From sequence record SRR22947727_232: a stretch of 32,727 nucleotides of DNA, one strand, 5' to 3'. Under the pieces are notes generated by a model. That model was not told where the DNA came from, made no database searches, and was given only the letters and a program-made list of their open reading frames with translations. Within the stretch, counting starts at the first letter, position 1; the number at the start of each line of letters is the position of its first letter. The translations under genes were made by a program, and so were the position numbers. Positions 28,113-32,727 of this stretch are shown here, one piece after another.

Positions 28113-28394
28113 TTATAAATTATTTTTGAAAGTGCAAGTTAATGTTGATTTAAAGTCTTCTTCTTCTATATTAGCCTCAAAACCTACATCACAATAAGAA
28201 TGCTTTATTTCAACTAAGGTAGGCTTTGACTCATTGTTACTTTTAGACCCAAATTTTGTTACATAAAAGTGTAATTGATCCCCATTATTACAAGCCTGTA
28301 AGGTGCTATAAGCATTCTTACCTTTATGAATAAAACATGTTTTCCCTATCACCATATTTGGTATTAATAATAACACCAATAGGAGTTTATTCAT
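28113..28394 (-). CDS. Small exported hypothetical protein
   Basis: MNKLLLVLLLIPNMVIG signal; four Cys. Confidence 0.75.
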   Translation of the reverse strand: MNKLLLVLLLIPNMVIGKTCFIHKGKNAYSTLQACNNGDQLHFYVTKFGSKSNNESKPTLVEIKHSYCDVGFEANIEEEDFKSTLTCTFKNNL

Positions 28395-28805
28395 TTAATC
28401 ACCTAACACACATCTCCCTTGCTCAGGCACATTAACAAAAGTCTTCAGGGTCACGGAGTACTTTATTCGTACATTCGGATTACTTGATTCCCACAAACAA
28501 CCCAGATTTTCATCCTTATAAATTAAATAATTGTAGATAGAAAGCCATTTATTATTTGACATAAAATGGCACCCGTATGGCTTTGTATGCCAATTTGAAA
28601 TTTTTTGTCTGCTATCATCCTCTCCACCCTCAATCTGCCATTGCATATCCGCTATGCATTCATCTCTTGACTTGTAGGATGTAAACCAAAATTCTTGTTT
28701 TTTGGATTCTTTATTTGTTGCGTAACTCCCCCAGCTATGATGTGTATCACCACCAGAACAAGAAATTAGCAGGCCAAATAAAAAAAATAAAAGTAGTTTT
28801 TTCAT
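28395..28805 (-). CDS. Hypothetical lipoprotein
   Basis: Start moved to ATG 28805: MKKLLLFFLFGLLISC (lipobox LISC); four more Cys. Confidence 0.72.
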   Translation of the reverse strand: MKKLLLFFLFGLLISCSGGDTHHSWGSYATNKESKKQEFWFTSYKSRDECIADMQWQIEGGEDDSRQKISNWHTKPYGCHFMSNNKWLSIYNYLIYKDENLGCLWESSNPNVRIKYSVTLKTFVNVPEQGRCVLGD

Positions 28806-28815
28806 ATGGTTAAAC

Positions 28816-29085
28816 TTAATTAACATTACAAACATTATTAATCTCAGATTTAAGATTATTTTCAGCTGTATTGATTATTTTTTCCAGGACCCTTACATTC
28901 TTATCGATGATGTTTAAATTCTCTTGCATTCTATCAATCTTTACATTACTTTTATTTAATTCTACAACAACATCCCAGTCATTAGCATAAGCTTTATCTA
29001 TATATACATTACTTAAATTTAAGAACAAGCCTATTGCAATAACCCATAGCAATAATTTTATTGTTTTATCTAGTTTTAATTCCAT
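28816..29085 (-). CDS. Small membrane-anchored or exported coiled-coil hypothetical protein
   Basis: AAGGAG RBS; hydrophobic N-terminus, AYA site, heptad-like C-terminus. Confidence 0.7.
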   Translation of the reverse strand: MELKLDKTIKLLLWVIAIGLFLNLSNVYIDKAYANDWDVVVELNKSNVKIDRMQENLNIIDKNVRVLEKIINTAENNLKSEINNVCNVN

Positions 29086-29198
29086 ATTATTTCTCCTTAT
29101 AGATGGTATTTGTTCCCTCTAATCATTAACCTATTTTTTAACTTTACTTAAATTGAAAGTATATTTTGAGGGTAGTTTTAGTCAAGATTAAAGAGAAT

Positions 29199-30446
29199 TT
29201 AGTGAGTTTTTTTATTCTCAATGTATCTGCATAGACCCAACGAAACACCCACTAAAAGCCAAACTAATGAGGAATACTTGTTTGAAAAAAAGTCTGTATT
29301 GCTTTGTATAGGCAGGAAGCAAGCAATAAGAACATTTAATATTAAAAAATATAATAACCAGTCCTTTTTTAGAAAACTATCTTTAAGTAATCTAACTGAA
29401 AGTGAAAGAACCATAGTGAAAAACAAAATAAAACCAACAATACCTGTCTCAGATAATAATTGCATAGAGATATTGTGGGGATGAAAACAAACTCCGGGCA
29501 ATTTAATAGCCTCAACCGATCCATAGACCAATAATCCACAAGCTTCTCTATATTTATGTAGGCCTACTCCAAACCATGGTGTCTCCATCCACACATCAAA
29601 AGCATTTTTCCAAACTATCCCGTAACCAGAATTAGACCAGTTGGTCACCATGTGAATACTCGAATAAATTGCTCTTTGAGTTTGTCTTGGATCGATGATT
29701 GAAAAAAGATAAATTCCAATAGATATAAAAAATAGGAAACATACCATTTTAAATATAGAAATATCCTTACTCAAAATTAAGCCTAATAAAATAGTAAAAA
29801 TGCTTAGAGTAGCCATTAGAAGAGCCATTCTTTCGCCAGTAATAAAAATGGTTAAAAAGAATAAGGCAAAAAAAATAAAAAAAGTATATGGAGAAAAATT
29901 ATTTTTAAGAAAATTTTTATATTTTTTAATTATTGTAAAAAGAAATATGGGTAAGATAATTAGCTTAGTTAACCACATTCCAATATGTGGGCCACTAAAA
30001 GGGCCGGTGAGCCTTGTTGAACTGAATCTTTCAAGACCAAAAATGTCAATATCGAATATGTATTGATACCAAGTATCAAAAATTAAAAATAAACAAACGA
30101 AAAATGTTACGACAAAAAAATTTTTAAGGCTCTTGGCATCATTAAAAATCCAATAGCCTAATGCAAGTGCAAATAATGGCCACCTTAAAAAGAAGATTGA
30201 ATATTGGAGGCTTATAAAAGAGTCAATGCTTAAAGGGGTGTTAATAAGAATACAATAAAGAAAAAAGATTAGAGCAAATTTAAACCAACCCTCTTTTATC
30301 CAATTCCATTTATTCTCAATATACGATTTGCATAGAAATAAAATAGCAATTAAAACTACAAATATATCAGCAACACTTCTTGAAAAAGGAATAGCAAAGG
30401 GTAAAAGAAAAGGAATAATATTTTTTAAGGTTTGGAAAAATTGCAT
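29199..30446 (-). CDS. O-antigen ligase (WaaL/Wzy_C) family membrane protein
   Basis: Many TM helices; RLTGPF, TGERMA, PWFGVG, HPHNISMQLLSETGIVG. Confidence 0.9.
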   Translation of the reverse strand: MQFFQTLKNIIPFLLPFAIPFSRSVADIFVVLIAILFLCKSYIENKWNWIKEGWFKFALIFFLYCILINTPLSIDSFISLQYSIFFLRWPLFALALGYWIFNDAKSLKNFFVVTFFVCLFLIFDTWYQYIFDIDIFGLERFSSTRLTGPFSGPHIGMWLTKLIILPIFLFTIIKKYKNFLKNNFSPYTFFIFFALFFLTIFITGERMALLMATLSIFTILLGLILSKDISIFKMVCFLFFISIGIYLFSIIDPRQTQRAIYSSIHMVTNWSNSGYGIVWKNAFDVWMETPWFGVGLHKYREACGLLVYGSVEAIKLPGVCFHPHNISMQLLSETGIVGFILFFTMVLSLSVRLLKDSFLKKDWLLYFLILNVLIACFLPIQSNTDFFSNKYSSLVWLLVGVSLGLCRYIENKKTH

Positions 30447-30813
30447 ACTTTTTATGTATTTTAAAAATTTGTTATTTTACTGCACTATACTCATTAAAGC
30501 TCTTAATAATTATTATAAAATAATAATAAATAAAAGAGGTTATCTTGCTCCTTTTTTTGCTTAAATTAAGAAAAAATTTATATAAATAATCTAAAAATTT
30601 GTAAAGGCACCTAAATAACTAACCTAACCTTTAAGTTTTTTATAAAGGAGCTTTTTCTTTTTTTGGTTTTCCTTTTGATTCTTTCCTTCTATCTCTATTT
30701 CCCATTACAATCCTTATTTAATTAGTAAAAGTTAAGTCGGAATTAACCAAGGTATCAAACCCAAGATAATTAAAACAAGTGCCAATACTAGCAGTAGTTT
30801 GTTAAGTTTAATA

Positions 30814-30930
30814 TTAATCCTTTAATTTTTTCTTATTTGATTTTTTGCTTAAGAAAGCGATGAGGCATATCAATATAAATAGGGCAATCAATATAACAAA
30901 TACTGCTGTATATATCATTGATGATTGCAT
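30814..30930 (-). CDS. Putative 38-aa single-TM small protein
   Basis: Hand translation MQSSMIYTAVFVILIALFILICLIAFLSKKSNKKKLKD; starts 1 nt after the upstream stop. Confidence 0.45.
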   Translation of the reverse strand: MQSSMIYTAVFVILIALFILICLIAFLSKKSNKKKLKD

Positions 30931-30931
30931 A

Positions 30932-31075
30932 CTAGCCTTTATCAGCTTCTTCGGTTTTTTTGTTGTCTGAGCTTGCTGGAATCATTTTTTCACCATCCCA
31001 TTTTTGTCCACACCAACAAACACCTTCAGCATTTATTATACAAGCTCCACTCCCACAACAACGTTTATCTTCCAT
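30932..31075 (-). CDS. Putative 47-aa Cys-rich small protein
   Basis: Hand translation MEDKRCCGSGACIINAEGVCWCGQKWDGEKMIPASSDNKKTEEADKG; AAGGA RBS; locally higher GC. Confidence 0.65.
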   Translation of the reverse strand: MEDKRCCGSGACIINAEGVCWCGQKWDGEKMIPASSDNKKTEEADKG

Positions 31076-31155
31076 ACTGTATTTCCTTGGTAATAATCTT
31101 AAATATTAAACACTAAGTTAGGTTATAGTATTTTGAAATTTATGGGAGAGATAAA

Positions 31156-31308
31156 ATGAATAAAAATACCAAGTTACTATTACTCGTTATATCGGCTTTA
31201 GTATTAATTGTAATATTTAGAGAAGAAATTAAGCTTGTCTTAACAATCATTGGAATCTTTGTAGTAGCGGGTTTGATATTACAATGGCTTGATAAAGATA
31301 AGGATTAA
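31156..31308 (+). CDS. Putative 50-aa two-TM small protein
   Basis: Hand translation MNKNTKLLLLVISALVLIVIFREEIKLVLTIIGIFVVAGLILQWLDKDKD; GGGAG RBS. Confidence 0.6.
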   Translation: MNKNTKLLLLVISALVLIVIFREEIKLVLTIIGIFVVAGLILQWLDKDKD

Positions 31309-31459
31309 TAGTTTATTAACAATATATTACTGAGTAACCCGTTGGAGGAGAATACTCTATACCCTAATAAATAACCTAACCTATTGTTTTAGAGACATTT
31401 TAATTAATTGTTAACGCGCTCTCATAAGTCTATTTTAGCGTGCGAATTTAGTTAATTAA

Positions 31460-31942
31460 TTAGGTTTGTAGGATTGGTTCATAGTAATGGTCACTTTCTT
31501 CCAATTGAGCAATAACAGTTTGCTTTATTTTTGTTGATGATGTTTGAGGATTATAACTAACTTTAATTATTTCTTTTCCTCGTGACTTTAAATAGTTTTC
31601 TACATCGATATTATGTTTATCTCTTCCCCAATCTTCTCCAATAATAAAAATATCTGGATTCAATTCTTTGCATGCCGTAACGTATTCAAGTTCATAATAT
31701 GGACGAACGATAGTTACACAACTTAAGGCTCTTAACATCTCAATCCGATGCTCTAATAGTATAATTGGAACGTTGGGTTTATAAGAATTTACCACGCTAT
31801 CAGATGCCACTCCAACAGCAACATCGCCTAACGTGCAGCAATACTTCAATAATGCAAGATGGCCGACATGAAGTAAATCAAAAGTACCTACTGTGTAAAC
31901 AAGCTTTTTTTCACTCTTATTAATGTCACTTGCAGCTATCAT
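31460..31942 (-). CDS. Cytidylyltransferase family protein (TagD/glycerol-3-phosphate cytidylyltransferase-like)
   Basis: YTVGTFDLLHVGH (HxGH), GEDW, TSSTKIK. Confidence 0.9.
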   Translation of the reverse strand: MIAASDINKSEKKLVYTVGTFDLLHVGHLALLKYCCTLGDVAVGVASDSVVNSYKPNVPIILLEHRIEMLRALSCVTIVRPYYELEYVTACKELNPDIFIIGEDWGRDKHNIDVENYLKSRGKEIIKVSYNPQTSSTKIKQTVIAQLEESDHYYEPILQT

Positions 31943-32619
31943 TTAAAAAGCATCCACCCATAAATCATACTTATTACAAGAGTATAAAATGATAAAAAAT
32001 AGACATTAATTGGATTACCAGAAAGTTTGGGAGTTTTGATTTTTGATACGTTTAAAACAGCTAAACTAATTGCACTCACATACAAAATGACACTAAAGAC
32101 TTCTGGATAAAAAAATCTTTCAAATAAAAAAATAAAAATAAGCACCAGACTATTATTGTCTAAAGCTAAGCCCGTGTAATGACTTCCGTTAGAAAGGCCG
32201 AAAGTACTAAAATAACTTAATCTTAATGCACTTGCAGAGATCATAATGAAAGCTGCAATAAGAAATACCGGTGCGTATTCACCATAGCTTAATAAAAGTA
32301 TGGATGGAGCAACCCCATAACTAACAATGTCTATCAAAACATCAAGCTGTCCTCCAAAAGAAGAGTAACTCTTAGTTCTATTTTTTAATTTTCTTGCGAC
32401 AATCCCATCTAGCCAATCAAAAGCTACGGCCCATATCATTCCAATCATTGCTGCTTCATATATACCTAAAATACTGAAGTAAATAGCTAGAATGGAACAA
32501 GCCAGCCCTGCTAAAGACAATAAGTTTGGTAAATCTATTAAGTACGAAAGAATGCTAGGTTGTTTTATTTTAAGGGCCTTTGTATTAGATTTAGAAAACC
32601 TAATTGGAGTTGTAAGCAA
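31939..32619 (-). CDS. CDP-alcohol phosphatidyltransferase family protein (PssA-like)
   Basis: DWLDGIVAR-x12-GGQLDVLID signature; PN at N-terminus; GVAP; 4-nt overlap with the cytidylyltransferase. Confidence 0.9.
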   Translation of the reverse strand: MLTTPIRFSKSNTKALKIKQPSILSYLIDLPNLLSLAGLACSILAIYFSILGIYEAAMIGMIWAVAFDWLDGIVARKLKNRTKSYSSFGGQLDVLIDIVSYGVAPSILLLSYGEYAPVFLIAAFIMISASALRLSYFSTFGLSNGSHYTGLALDNNSLVLIFIFLFERFFYPEVFSVILYVSAISLAVLNVSKIKTPKLSGNPINVYFLSFYTLVISMIYGWMLFK

Positions 32620-32678
32620 TAAGCTAGGCCAGATATATTATACCCTATTCTTTTCAGCAATATTTTAATAGTTAGATG

Positions 32679-32727
32679 TGGTGCCCTCGGCACGATACGA
32701 ACGTGCGACCCTCCCCTTAGGAGGGGG
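32679..32727 (-). tRNA. tRNA-Arg (anticodon CCT), 3' portion; truncated by the window edge
   Basis: Minus strand reads CCCC-CTCCTAA-GGGG anticodon arm, GCACG-TTCGTAT-CGTGC T-arm, CGAGGGC-A-CCA end. Confidence 0.85.

Noticed and set aside
26937-29085. Classical integron cassette array
   Set aside because: Gaps of 0-10 nt leave no room for attC sites; no RYYYAAC...GTTRRRY hairpins or intI seen
4063-30564. Many 60-120 aa ORFs in the track antisense to or overlapping long genes (e.g. 4063, 5714, 7316, 8353, 9640, 11477, 14771, 16407, 18088, 20000, 21449, 27184, 29221, 29800, 30328)
   Set aside because: Shadow frames of well-supported genes, with no motifs or RBS
30925-31116. 63-aa plus-strand His-rich ORF in the track
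   Set aside because: Antisense to the better-supported Cys-rich 47-aa ORF with an RBS; TTG start

Overview
AT-rich bacterial chromosomal window. Gene content (hrpA/THUMP cluster, ylqF, msrPQ, a double-PepSY protein, PQQ dehydrogenase, tight packing) suggests a streamlined betaproteobacterium, possibly marine OM43-clade Methylophilaceae; this is inference only. Left to right it holds a Met-rich TonB-dependent receptor, a mosaic autotransporter, a housekeeping RNA-modification/helicase block, a Fur-box-preceded porin/FMN-binding/PepSY-TM operon, a solo PD-(D/E)XK nuclease, msrPQ plus a DCC protein, a lanpepsy-like protein, a passenger-less inverse-autotransporter barrel coupled to a secreted partner, an ABC exporter, and a cytochrome c + PQQ dehydrogenase pair. 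The last ~5.8 kb looks island-like: six small exported ORFs in tandem, an O-antigen ligase, micro-ORFs, and a cytidylyltransferase + CDP-alcohol phosphotransferase pair, ending at a partial tRNA-Arg(CCU). Best novelty candidates are the split inverse-autotransporter pair, the array of small exported proteins with shared 5' ends, an inverted-repeat element upstream of msrP, and segment shuffling in the autotransporter. No CRISPR array, integrase or transposase was seen. All family calls come from motif recognition by eye, not database searches.
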